Below are positions 24,222-36,316 of a stretch of DNA of 64,000 nt, piece after piece. The position numbers and the translations under genes were made by a program. Positions within the stretch are counted from its first letter, which is position 1. The number at the start of each line of letters is the position of its first letter. The DNA is from Paragordius varius (lineage: Eukaryota; Animalia; Nematomorpha): the NCBI GenBank assembly GCA_964247055.1, contig OZ176054.1:6138001-6202000 (forward strand). Direction: 5' to 3'. The notes under the pieces were generated by a model. That model saw only the letters and a list, made by a program, of their open reading frames with translations. It made no database searches and had not been told where the DNA came from.

Positions 24222-26328
24222 CCAGAAACTCTTCCTCAAACGCAAACATCAATAAAACTCTGTTCGAAATTATATGGCTACCCAACCATCAAATAGCAAT
24301 CAAATCTTTGGCGAATCAAAAATATTTAACCTTAAAAATAAATAAACAGTTGTTTGCAGCTGCTACCGATATAAGTAAATTTTATCAAGAATGATACAAA
24401 TTTTTATAAATTTTAAGACTTTTACAAGACATTTAAATTTTTTCATCGCAAAAATATTGACTGTATGTACACAACCTTTTTTTCTTGGTAAAATTTTGTA
24501 TCTATCTTTTTTATCATCTATATATTTATAAAAATGGAAAATGCGGGCTTTGTGATCTGGTACCGGAAAACAGGTAGACCCATTCAAATCCAAACTTTGA
24601 AAAAATATATCATTAATGAATGCCCCAACTATAGCTTCGCCTTTTTTTGAAATAGGCCCCCAGTTCGGGCCCACCCCGTGTGAAAAACGGTTTTTTTAAC
24701 AAAACAGAAGTCCACAAAAATCGTATCTTTGAGACAATTTTCTGGAAAACGTGTTGGACCATTGAATTTCAAATATGATTTTTGTTTACTTATTTTTGAT
24801 CGCGCTGAACATAGTCGACTCACTTTTTTGATTTAGGCCCTTTTACCCGCTACCCCCGTAAAATGCCATTTTTTCAAAAAAAACAAAGCCCACAAATATA
24901 ATTTTTTAAATCTATTTTTCCCACAAGTAAACAATATATTAGTATGAATGCACCGTTTAAAAATTTTTATATATTCATATATTTAAATAATGTTTCGAAA
25001 TAATCCACATATGTGGATCCTTTTATTGTCCCTTATTTCAAATACCCCCCCCCCCCCCAGAAGTCCGAAGGACTTCCTCGTGCTGCGTAGCAGCACGAGA
25101 TTTACGCTAGTATGATATAATTATATTTAAAAAAATTTATATGAGAAAACGAAATATAATATTAATTATTATTTTTAATTAATTTTCATCGCATTAAAAG
25201 CCAATTTCTTTACAATATATTCCATTTACACTTCAAATTCAACCTTGAACAATTCAAATTCACCCTAAAAGAAATTGTGTTTTCAGTTTAAAAATTACCC
25301 ATTTTTTATGTTTATAAAAAATGAAATTTTGTTTAAAATTAAAATAATAGGGAAAAAATAATAAAATATGTTCATATTAATAATGAGTTATATTAGCCCG
25401 AAATTTATAATTTATTTCTAGGGTGAATTTGAATTGTTCAAAGGTGAGTTTGGATTGTAAATGGTATATTATTTATAATTTAGGCGATAAAGAAAAATTT
25501 AAACTGTTTCTATTGAATCGACCTTTCTTTGTATTGCACGGAAGTGAAGGTTATGTCGGAGAATCCAAAAACCCAGGATCTCCATTAGAAACGGCAAAAA
25601 TAAATTACGAAGAAACTTATCTCGAACAAATCTCTTTTGATGCCTACTTGTTTAAAAGTAAGCGTACTATAAAGTAAATTAGCCATGTTTCACTTTAAAC
25701 TACAATGCAAATATATTTAAAATTAAAACAAAAAATAAAAATAATTGTATTTTAGTAGATTAGCGGTGCTTAAATCCACTTGATTTAATATCTTGAAAAC
25801 ATACCTTGAATTAATTAAATATTAAATCGAAGAAGTCATTGCTTGTATAAAATTAGTAAAAATAAACTGACGCTTTTGTTAGGGCCATAAAAATCCTCCG
25901 AATAGTAGGGTCTAGCAGTAATATAAAAGCAACTAATTATTATCAAACTATGTATTTTCTCTAAAAGGGGTAAATTTTATTTGTTGAAACAGCAGATTGA
26001 TATATATTATATTTGGGGCCTTGTATACTACGGATACACTCTCATATATATATATATATATATACATATATCGTTTTTTAATTTAGCCAAAAGTGGTCTT
26101 TATTGGTCATTACAAGATGATGTGGCACATCCTACCATTTGTGGAGTTCCAATTTCATCAAACACCAATGTAAAAAATATAGCAGGACTTAGATTTTATA
26201 TAGTTTTCACTTCGAGTGATAGGATTATCATAAAGGCATCGAATGGGAAATATCTTAAAATCGGTTCTGGAAAACGTCTTGAAGCCTCTGAAGAAAATGA
26301 GGAAAAGGCTTCTATATGGCATATTTGA
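21774..26328 (+). CDS. FSCN1: Fascin (singed-like actin-bundling protein)
   Basis: Exons 21774-23103, 23455-23608, 24226-24374, 25484-25657, 26087-26328 are phase-consistent. Beta-trefoil motifs: GLCSGLGKYLTAENFG.KIN......RKKQQWTL, AFKDDTGKYL, KEELW, NDKYVT..KG.DISVNQDEIT..ETFQLE, NRP..VLHG, IKASNGKYL. The paralogue assignment is nominal. Confidence 0.92.
24172..24219. repeat. (TA)n microsatellite abutting a fascin splice acceptor
   Basis: Uninterrupted TA run followed by atccag|exon at 24226. Confidence 0.95.
24517..25110 (+). mobile_element. Non-autonomous Helitron (594 bp) in fascin intron 3
   Basis: A|TCtatatatttataaaaatg 5' end; 3' GC hairpin ctcgtgctgc-gta-gcagcacgag followed by 7 nt and CTAG|T; inserted at an AT dinucleotide with no TSD. 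Confidence 0.85.
25220..25466. mobile_element. TA-flanked MITE, copy 2 (same family as 7404-7635)
   Basis: ccatttaca ... tgtaaatggta termini and the same aattcacccta/tagggtgaattt subterminal motifs. Confidence 0.7.
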
Positions 26329-26553
26329 AAAAAATTCTCCTACATTTTAAACATTTTTTTAGTATATTTATCTATTTTTGGTGTTTAAATCCTTTTTGTA
26401 TAATTATGATATAACATTCAATCGATTGCTTTAAAGCGTATTAATACGTAATTTTACACGTATGAATTTAAAAACAACAACAATAATATAAATAAATGAT
26501 TTGTAATCCTCATAGTCTCATTCAGTTATATTATAAAGTTTTTTAACGCATAT

Positions 26554-27030
26554 ATGCAAAACAATTTTCAAAATTCAATTGCAACAAAATATCCTCAGGC
26601 AATACCGATGCCAGCAGTGAGACCCAATGTTAACGATCAGGGATTCTGTCAAAACCCATACCATGCTTACTTAAATAATAACCCTAATTTGCCAAAAAAC
26701 ATTCCAGCAACTACTTTTAACAATAATTTCAAATGCAAAAATAATATCCACAAGTACACTAAACCTACTAACAATTTACCAAATAATCTAAGTCCCTTAT
26801 CGTACCAATATAGCTCACAACCAAGCAATAAAGCTACTAATTTTATGTCGTTTGTAAGTCAAACTTTTCCAAACCCTATAGCCAATCGTGCGATAGTTGA
26901 TGCACTAGAACTCGCTAAACAGTGTCCTCATATGTCACGGTGTACATTAGTTAGCATATGTTGCGATTTATATGAAGGTTATGCGTATCAGGCGTGTGGA
27001 CAGCCTATTCCCAATTTCAGAAACATTTAA
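26554..27030 (+). CDS. Single-exon orphan protein, 158 aa, N/P/Q-rich with a Cys-containing C-terminus
   Basis: 477-bp ATG-initiated ORF in very AT-rich DNA, with higher GC than its flanks. No family recognised. Confidence 0.6.
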   Translation: MQNNFQNSIATKYPQAIPMPAVRPNVNDQGFCQNPYHAYLNNNPNLPKNIPATTFNNNFKCKNNIHKYTKPTNNLPNNLSPLSYQYSSQPSNKATNFMSFVSQTFPNPIANRAIVDALELAKQCPHMSRCTLVSICCDLYEGYAYQACGQPIPNFRNI

Positions 27031-28905
27031 ATAAATTGTTTTAATATCTTCAAGAATATGTGGAGAGGCTAAGTTTTGTAATATATATATAACATATTTG
27101 AGGATTTGGGATATGACTGATTGGATGTTTTTGGAATTTTTGAGAATTAATCTTCCAAAAAGTATAAATATTTCCTATTAAAAAATTTCAAAACTTTACC
27201 TCTAACACCTTTTTAATAACATTTCCTCCAATCTTTCACAGCGCGTCTTATTTTTTAATCTTGTCACTTGTTTTAAACTAATTATGGCATCCGATTTATA
27301 ATACATATAGCCTCGAAACTGATCTATGAAATATAAATAAAACCTTATAGAAACAAGTGTATTAGGCTTTAAGTCTATATTATTATACAAATATGGCTCT
27401 ATATAGTTATAATTTGCAAATTATAACTTACATCCTCAATTAAGAGAATTGATAACATTATAGAGTCTGCATATAATATTCAATCGTTCATTCATCGGGT
27501 GTAGTTTTAGGTGTATAGCGGATTTTTTGGTAAAAAACACCTAATCTTCATGGGAAAAATTATTAATTTTATTTATAATATTGTCCATCTTCTTCACATT
27601 TCACTCATCTCTCAGCTAAAAAATGAATTGCCAGAAAAAAATTAAAATGCTGCTCTGCGAGCGTGTGCCCACATTAGTGCGAAGGTTGCATTAGTCAGAT
27701 AGCGCATGGTCAGGAGTGTACGGCGAATGCGGAATTTTTGAAGCTTATTAAAGGTGTCTTTCACTGTTTTTGCTGTGCGAGATGGTACATTGTATTATTT
27801 TTCATGTCTTGGCCAATTCCGACCTTTTTTCGATTAATGCATCATTTATTATCATTTGCTGATGAAAGCATTTTGTATTAATGATACTGGGCTTCAAATG
27901 TTAATACACAAACCGCCCACCAGACTCAGAGCACAATCTTTTTTCCGAAGCGATTTAGCCTTGATGACTTGGCAAGGTGTTCATGTTTTCCGCCTTGAAT
28001 TAACAATATATAGCCAGTAGCGGAACTATAAATTGTAGGCCCCCCGCAAGATTCAAATAGTGGCCCCCCTTCCCCCCAAAAAATTGTTTGCAGTTATTTT
28101 TCACCTGGCGCAACACCTAGATTCGTAAAGAAATATTATATTTAAAAATGATAATATTTACAGGACTTGGCATCCTAATTCTAAAAGTTTTGCGTTCCGG
28201 GTATTTTTATATATGTTTATTACACCCGCCCACCCGAACCACCACCAACTCATTAAACGTTCATTTTTAAAGTTTAAAATAATTAAATAACTTATTAAGA
28301 GCATGTATTAATCAGATGTTTTAAATTTTCGTTTTCTCGATTTTGCGTGAGAACATTTTCTAATATCTTTTTTATCCATTTGATCCGCCATCTCCGCTTC
28401 CATTGCCAAACGATAAATTGCTCAACCTTTTTTCAGCCATATGCTTTTAATATAATTTTTAATTATTTTTAACTTTGAAATGAATGTTCCGCTTAACTTC
28501 ACACAATTGGTAGCGACTGGTGGCATTTTAATTAATAGCTCTGCAAATTGCCAGGCATTGTTAATTTGTGCGATCTCATCCTTAAGGGATAAACCATGAC
28601 GCGCTGTAACTAACACGAACATAATTATAAACCTGTTTTAACAATAAGGGTGTAGCGTCGGAAGATCGTCGGCCACCTACCGTCAAGGCAATCCCTACCC
28701 ACCCGTAGCGCATTGAGCTTCAGAGCGGGGAGACACATCGAAGCTTGGAATCGACGTTAGTATCTACATACATAATGAAGATTAATTCCTAATTCATGAA
28801 TGGGACAGCTTGTTTAGTGAAGATTTCTCTTTTTCGCTCGCCATGCTCACATATTCGTTTTTCATATAAATAACATGCGCAGAATACGGGCCTACATAGG
28901 AATAG

Positions 28906-29253
28906 CAGCGGGCAAACTTCTTAAATATAAACTAATTGCTAAAAGTTATATTTTTGAAATTCGCAGAAATAAAATTTTGACAACTGTTTAATCAGAATAA
29001 TAAAATATTTTTTATGGTAATATGGCTTTTTGAAATTATAATAACAGGGATTCGAACCGGTCCCAAAAAAGTGGAATTAGAACCGGACTCTAATTTAAAA
29101 ATGGAACAGGAATCGGTTCCTAAAACAGGAACCAGGTTCCGGTTTAAAGGCCTGATAAATATGTATAAATGCACTATTAAATGGAATATGAATGTGCGGA
29201 CCGCCAACATTTTTTTTTGAGAATGGCCTGCTGAAAAAAATTGCCTACCCCTG
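28906..29253. mobile_element. Charlie/Buster-type hAT MITE fragment nested in hAT copy 1
   Basis: Right end gcggaccgcc...aaattgcctacccctg. The left end is degenerate (cagcgggcaaac). This segment is absent from hAT copy 2. Confidence 0.4.
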
Positions 29254-29725
29254 TTTTAGTGTGTGGTGAAAGTTTATCGAAAATTTTATGTTTTCGAACT
29301 AAAATTTGAAAATAACATGCATCAGGGGTTAAAAACATTATAAAAACAATGTATAAATGTATACCAGTTAACAAATGTTGGCCAATTCAGTTTACAATAA
29401 AGTATGTAAAAAACAATCATTTTGTGAATTTTATTCTCAATGTATGCATTAAAAAACATTTTAATTATTGTTATTTCTCATACTTTGCTGTAATATGAAT
29501 TGGCCAACATTAATGTGAGTTGGCCTGCATTAAATTGTATATTGTATGATTAAAATAAATAAATTAAGATACTTGTTAGAGAATATTATAATGATGAAGG
29601 TTTTTTTCCTTCCTTTTCTTGTTCACTATTAAAAACCAGAAATCAATTAAGGAACAACAATATCATTATGGCTAAAATTTGATGGATAGTGAAAAAAAAT
29701 GATTTTTTGCTCTTTCTTCCTTTAA

Positions 29726-30276
29726 CACTTGGATAAAACACATTCATTTTAGTCCTTCGATTCAAATTGGGGTATTTAAATACCCCAGGCCTGTTTAAAA
29801 TTAAATTCTTTAAAAATATGGAAGGAATCGATACTATGACAAAATTTTGCACTTATATAACATTAATAAACCGAAAAATTTTATTCAAAAATACTTAATA
29901 TTACTCAATTTAAGCTAAAACCGAAAGGTAATAGTCAACGTGACATGTGTGCAATGGTAAATTTAAAAAATAATACAAAATAAACCGCTTTTTCTATTGC
30001 TATCAATGTTAGATGTATTTAAATAAAAAAAATTTCCCTTAAAATTAAATGAAGACGATATTTTGCATAATTTTGTTAAATAAAAATGGCGTCGAAGTAG
30101 TTTGACATGGAACTTTTTTTAAAAGGAAATTTTATTTAGATATTTTGGCATATTTATATAATTTTTCTTAGGAAGAAGCATAAATTTTAATTTGGACCGT
30201 TTCCTTAGTAGTTTTTTAAGAATCCTAACTCAAATTTAGTCTGGGGTATTTAGATACCCCAAATTGAATTGAAGTG
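29726..30276. mobile_element. TTAA-type (piggyBac-like) MITE, copy A, nested in hAT copy 1
   Basis: ttaa|cactt ... aagtg|ttac with internal ggggtatttaaataccccag inverted motifs. The empty site is visible in hAT copy 2 (ctctttccttaataatattaaaatttacatgaaccc). Confidence 0.8.
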
Positions 30277-32026
30277 TTACAAAATATTAAAATTTACATG
30301 AACCCATATAAACAAAATATATTTTTACGCTATATGAATAAATTATTGCAAAAGAGATTTTATTTGTAATTATTTTGGTTTAACAGAGGCAAAAAAATTA
30401 CATCTGTCGAAATTTTGTGAATTCTCATAAAAATATAATTATATAAAATAACAAAATAATTTAGCACTTTTAATAAGCTTCACTTAATTTTTGGTGTCAA
30501 CTATCTATACTGGTTTAATTATTTTTTAACTGTTTTCCCTTTGTAAGGTGTTAACTGGAGAGAATTTAAAGTATTAATTTTCAACTTATAATAAAACCGC
30601 TTATTGAAATAGTGAAAAAATGTATTTTCGCTTTTTCTTCCTTTCAATCCAGATAATTCTCTTTATTCTTTGCCAGTATACTTTCAGGAAATCATTACTT
30701 ACATAGTATATAAAAAAAGGTAATAAATTTTAGGCCCGCCCCCCGCAAAATAAAAATGGCCCAAATTTAATATAAATAATAAAAAAGGGCCCCTGTTTTG
30801 CCTTGGGCCCCCCACACTGCTTCCCCTAGTTCCCCGTAGTTTCGCCACTGTATAAGCTCCACTCCGTCGCAGTTTGATGTGCATTTCCTCTATTTAGGCT
30901 GGAACCTACAAATCACCTTGCGATTTTAAACTTGTCGTTTACTTGATTGTGTGGGATTATTGAGTTTATTGGTCTTTCATTTGTTCTAAGACCTCTATTA
31001 ATTCTCCCGATTACTGTTGTTGTGTTTGTTAATTCTTAACAACTCTTGCATTTTGTTGTTTTCTCAGTTGTGCGGTTCTACAGAGCGCCCACTCTCTTTC
31101 ACATTGAAATCACAATTCATTTTTTAACCATGTTTCACATGTTTTAATCAATGGAGCAACCATATGTTTCTACTATCAGACGGTTTTCAGCCGCTTGATG
31201 GAATAAAAGCAATGCGTGCCGCAAATTTTCTTTTTTAGGCACAAAATTCGACATGATTACTGAATGATATAAATAAGAAGCTAGTTTTGACAAGCACCAC
31301 TTGAGTATGTTTCTTAATGTCAGGTGAACAAATGGCGCTTTTAATTTAACAGTTAATGACTACATCTGGGCTATACCAAAGTTTATAATAATGCTAATAC
31401 ATTTTGTAATAACTGTTGATAAATCCGTAAAAAAGAGATAAACGAAAATTAAATATAAAATTAATTGAAAGATATTATTAACAGAAATTATAAACGATAT
31501 GTGAAACCCTTTCGTCAATAGTAGTTTCGTGGTTGTTAGCCCAACTCAAAGTCAAGAGTTGCAAACAAGACAATAATATCAGTCCAGAGATTAAGATAAT
31601 TTTAGAATTTGTGATATATTTTTTGTTTTTAAATGTGAGGAATGCTACAAGTTTAATAAAACAATGTGAGATAGAAAATGTTGAATTCGTACTAAATTTG
31701 TTTTACTATTGAGGAAGATAAATTATTAACTAATTATACCATTTCATTCCCAAATATAGCAAAACCAAAGGTGTAAAAATTAGGTCTTTGCTCTGCCGTT
31801 TGTCAAAACCTAGCTAAATCTTAAATATTTGATTTAAAACAATCAATAATTTCTTAGCATAAAAGAAATATCGTCATCTACGGATTAGCTTACAAATTTT
31901 TATTTTATGTATTTTTAGCGGTTCAGAATTTGGTGTGCTAGCTCTTAAGTAATGTTTATACATTAATAGATATTTTTTCAAAACTTAGTAGAATTTTAAA
32001 TTCTAAAAACTTATACTTTGCTAAAA

Positions 32027-35000
32027 ATGGATCGTGAATGGGAGGATAGTGAAAACAACTTAGTGCCCTTTAAAAATTTATTTTTGTTAATCATGGCGTT
32101 AACATTTACCCTACTAATTCTTTGGTTACTTTCTGTGCAATTTATACGTTTACATCAAAAACGATTATTACAGAAAGAGGAAATGGCTGAAACCCATTAT
32201 CAAATTTTATTAAATAACTTTAATTTCATGGGTCATCTAACTTCAAAATTTATGAACAAAAATACTAAAACAACAAATTCAAACAGCATGAATCAAGCGG
32301 GTGAATTGATAACTAATTTGACCGACACTTATATAAACCCTAATAAACCCTTTGATAAAATTGTTACTGAAAATGAAAAGAGATTGGAGATAGAAAGTCC
32401 TTTAAATGTCGATGATTCCTATCAAAAATATATGGAAACCCTAAAAGGTTCATACAAAGCCAAAGATTTCAAATGTTCGCCCAAAAAGGATACGTTGTAA
32501 TATATTTATATAAAAAATTTAGCGAAATCGAATATATAATTAAAATCTAGTTGGCGTTTATCATCTCTTTAAACTTTAAATAAATAACGTATGCTTACCA
32601 ATAATAGAAATGTACTGCTAACCTTTAACGAACAATGTGTTGGTATTCAATCAGACACTAGAGATCAACATGTTCTAAAGGATAACCTTTCATCAGAGTA
32701 TGATTTTATGACGAAACCATTGTCTCTCAAAGAATTTCAACAACATTATCTTGATATAACTACTACAAAGAACAAAAATTTAGAAATCGAATTTAATCTT
32801 CTAAGCCGCACTCCTCTTAAGAAAGAAAATTGCATAATCGCACTTAAGCCCGAGTATAATGGTAGAAATCGAAACCAATTTGATGTTCCATACGATACGA
32901 ATCGGTTCCTTATTTCAACATCCAAAAATAATCCGGATGGATATATCAATGCAAGCACGATTACAGACCACGCAGGTCATACCAAGTATGATTTAGCTTA
33001 TGAGAGAAATATTAATATGATAGGGCTGTTTTTAATATCCATTAATAAAAGTGCCCTTAACATTATAATACAGTAATTTACTGTTACATTTACATGATAA
33101 TTATCATCATGTTTGTGTCCATCATAATGTGAAATAATTTAAAAAAATATAATAGGCCCATAATAGATTTTATTTTTCGTGCACTTTTATAGATTTACCA
33201 GTTTTAAAATTAATCCTTGTCATATTAAACGATTTGTTAATTGGTAACTTATAATGCTCTAACTTTTAAATTTATATTAAAGTTCTAAAATCCTTATTTA
33301 ATAAAATAATTTGATTTACTATTTACATCCCGACTCTATAATTTCTATTTCAAATATGACAATCAGTCAATATTTAATTTATCATTATGCATAAATAAAT
33401 CCCAACAAAAACCTGCGCGATGTTGAATGATAAAATGTTGTTCTTTTCCCAAAGTGAAATTTTGTTAATGTTTATTTTGAATGAAAAAGTTTCAGTTTTT
33501 ATACAACATTTTCGGGATACTACATATTTAATTTATATTATTTATCACAACATAAAGTAACTTATCCTAATTTCTACTTATAATATAGCTTCATAGCAGC
33601 ACAAATACCAATTAAAGATTATTTGATTGAATTTTGGGACATGGTCTGGAAGAGTTCTGCATCGGTCATTGTTTTTGCTCATTCGATAGACAAAAAGGGA
33701 CTCAAAACAAATGACAGATTTTGGCCCCTAAATCAAATAACTTTCAAAGAGATAAAATTAGTCGTAACACTAGTCAAACGAATAGATAGTACGATAATAA
33801 CTATTTTGCAAATACATATAAGTCAATCATATACGAAAGAGTACAGAGAAGTGACCATATATTGCTTTAATGGATCCAATGAGGAAGATTTATGTTTCGA
33901 TACAAACGTTGGGAGAAGGTTTGCTTTGCTAAATAATTTCCTGACCTTTTACCATTGCGTCATGGGTAAATGTGAAAGCGGAAATTATTCGCCAAAAATA
34001 GCTCCATGCATTGTTTTATGTGGCGAGGACAAAATGGAACTTAGTTCAGTTTTTATAGCTCTACACAATATTATGGTCCGTTATGAATATGTGAAAACTG
34101 TAAATGTTTTATATGAGGTGGATAGACTCAGAAAACAGAGAATAAACATGGTGCCATTTTTTAGTTTATATGCACTACTATATGACTTGGTGTATGAAAA
34201 ACTATCGTGCCCATACATGTATGTTTCGCTATTACATTACAACTTTGAATACTTTCGTCACATTTGCTCCATGGTAGATTATGAAAGTCACAAAACAATT
34301 CTTGAACACCAATGGAAACTCTTGCAAGACATTCAAGCAGAAGATTTACTAACAGTTGATTTATATCGCATGTTGAATCCTGGAAAACGAAGAGAAAATA
34401 TCGATAAAAATCGTGATGGAAATATCCTGCCAAAGAATGAACGAAGACCCAAACTGTATGATTACCGAACATCTGGCAGTAGCCAATCAACTTTAAAACA
34501 TACTACAGAAGTTTATATAAACGCTACCTATATAAATGGGTACAAGATAAAAATCCAATATATAACTACACAGTGGCCAATGGAGAATACTATTGAAACA
34601 TTTTGGCAGCTAGTTTGGGATTTGAATGTTAAATCTATCATAACATTGTATAAGAATTATGATAAAGTTGAAAAAAGTAAATCACGTACACAACAAACGA
34701 AACAGCCAAATGCATATTGGCCCACAAACCAAAAGGACCCAGTTAGTATTCCAGGGCGGGATAATTATTTCTATAAAATTACATTGATTAATGTTAATGC
34801 TATAGTCAATGAAGATATGGGTCAATTCTTGATAGTTCGCACATTACAATTAGATGCTAACGTAGCTACTTTATTGTGTAATTTTAATTCCGCCAAGGAT
34901 GTAAATACTGCACCCCGAATCATAAAGCATTTTCAATTAGTTGGTTGGAGAAATCGTGATACGGTTCCACCCTCCTGTATAATACTACAAGAGTTGATAG

Positions 35001-35320
35001 AAAGAAGTCAAACCTGCAACTCCAAAATTGATATAAATGGAAGTATTCGGGATAATATTGATAAAATTAATGAGGATCCTCCTATATTAGTCCATGATTT
35101 AGATGGGTACAGTAGAGTGGGACTCTATATAACTTGTGCTAACCTTTATCAACAACTTAGATTTGAGCAAGGCTTAAGCGTTTACTTAGCCGTTAAAAGC
35201 TCAAGGGAAGATGTGCCCTATTTTATTACTAACATAGAACAATACAAATTTTTGTATAAATTTGCATGGCAACAATTGTTGCTACTTAAATTTTTATCCC
35301 TAACTCACCCATCAACCTAA
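32027..35320 (+). CDS. Receptor-type protein tyrosine phosphatase-like protein (TM + tandem D1/D2), predicted catalytically inactive
   Basis: Exons 32027-32493, 32608-32985, 33589-35320 are phase-consistent. TM: LFLLIMALTFTLLILWLLSV. D1: RNRNQFDVPYD, YINAS, FIAAQIP..DYLIEFWDMVW, signature VLCGEDKMELS. D2: KNRDGNILP, YINATYING, TTQWP..NTIETFWQLVWD, VHDLDGYSRVG, EQYKFLY. Confidence 0.88.
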
Positions 35321-36063
35321 AATGTCAAATTTATAAAATTATTTCAAATATGTAATGAATTTATTATAAATTTAAATTTCCCGATCATATTAGTTTTAAA
35401 CAGTAGAGCTTAATAGCTAACTAAGCATGAAAGAAAACGCTATACATGGATGTTGGAACCTTTCAAAAATGTAAGTTTAATCAAACATAAAATTGCCTAC
35501 AATCGAATAATATAATTCAAAATGGCCTATTTATTAATTTTTAAGTAATAAAATTTTTTTCACATATTGTGTTGATTTCAAACTATGATGTTGATATTAT
35601 AAAAATTTTAGAAAAGGAAATTAGTTATTAAAACCTATTGGATTTTTACAAAGATGCAATCCTATGGTGAAGTCCTATACATTGAAAAGCGTTTCTAAAA
35701 TCATAAAATATTAAAAACTGAAATGAACACCATTACCAATTTAATCGGTTTAAAAAACATATTTTAGATTTTGTTATTTAAAGATCTTAATGAGGGTCCA
35801 AGCAAAAACCGATTAATTACGAAACTGAGCATGACAAAATATTTTAAAATATTATGTTACATCACTTGACATTTTTAGTTCATTTAAAAAATATACACTT
35901 TTTCTAAAAAAACAATTGAAAAATTTTTCAGTCAATCAAAACATTTTGAGTTAATAGAAACATTTTTTAAGTCAATCAAAATAATTTTTCAATTAAATAT
36001 AAAACGTCTTTCTTTTCCAAACAATCGAGACAATTTACCAGTCAATCGAAACATATTTTACCA

Positions 36064-36316
36064 TTCCCAATCAATTTTAACGAAACTTAACAAATACGTT
36101 CTATTGATAATATCTGTTCCAGCATCATTATAAAGTGGGTCAATAATGGTGATTTGGAACTTGGAAATTAAATTAATGAAACATAAACAAAATATATGAA
36201 ATTTATAATTAATATTTTCCCAATCAATTTTAACAAAACTTAACAAATGTTTTCTATTAATAATATCTGTTCAAGCGTCATTATAAAGTGGGTCAGGTGA
36301 TTTGGAACTTGGAAAT
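36064..36316. repeat. About 100-bp imperfect direct repeat, period 153 bp
   Basis: ttcccaatcaattttaac.aaacttaacaaat...attataaagtgggtca...gtgatttggaacttggaaat starts at 36064 and again at 36217. Confidence 0.85.

Larger units (their letters stand above)
28015..30850 (-). mobile_element. Internally deleted hAT transposon, copy 1, with nested insertions
   Basis: Termini cagtagcggaactata ... tagtttcgccactg; hATC dimerisation remnant at 28422-28622; degraded 8-bp TSD (tatatagc / tataagct); colinear with 55079-56996. Confidence 0.85.
27500..31380 (-). mobile_element. Decayed Mos1-like mariner element split by a hAT insertion
   Basis: ATG at 31254: MSNFVPKKENLRHALLLFHQ...KTCETW (Mos1-type N-terminus). 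On the other side of the hAT (27500-28014): GKKIVL*VWW and IPHSPYTPDHALSD (cf. mariner HPPYSPDLAPSD). Stops and frameshifts are present; outer ends are approximate. Confidence 0.75.

Noticed and set aside
24363-24823. Minus-strand ORFs of 103 and 64 aa
   Set aside because: They lie in the Helitron and intron sequence and have no protein features.
35920-36060. Three spaced copies of agtcaatc.aaa, superficially array-like
   Set aside because: Short, degenerate and irregularly spaced in eukaryotic DNA with no cas genes; not a CRISPR array.
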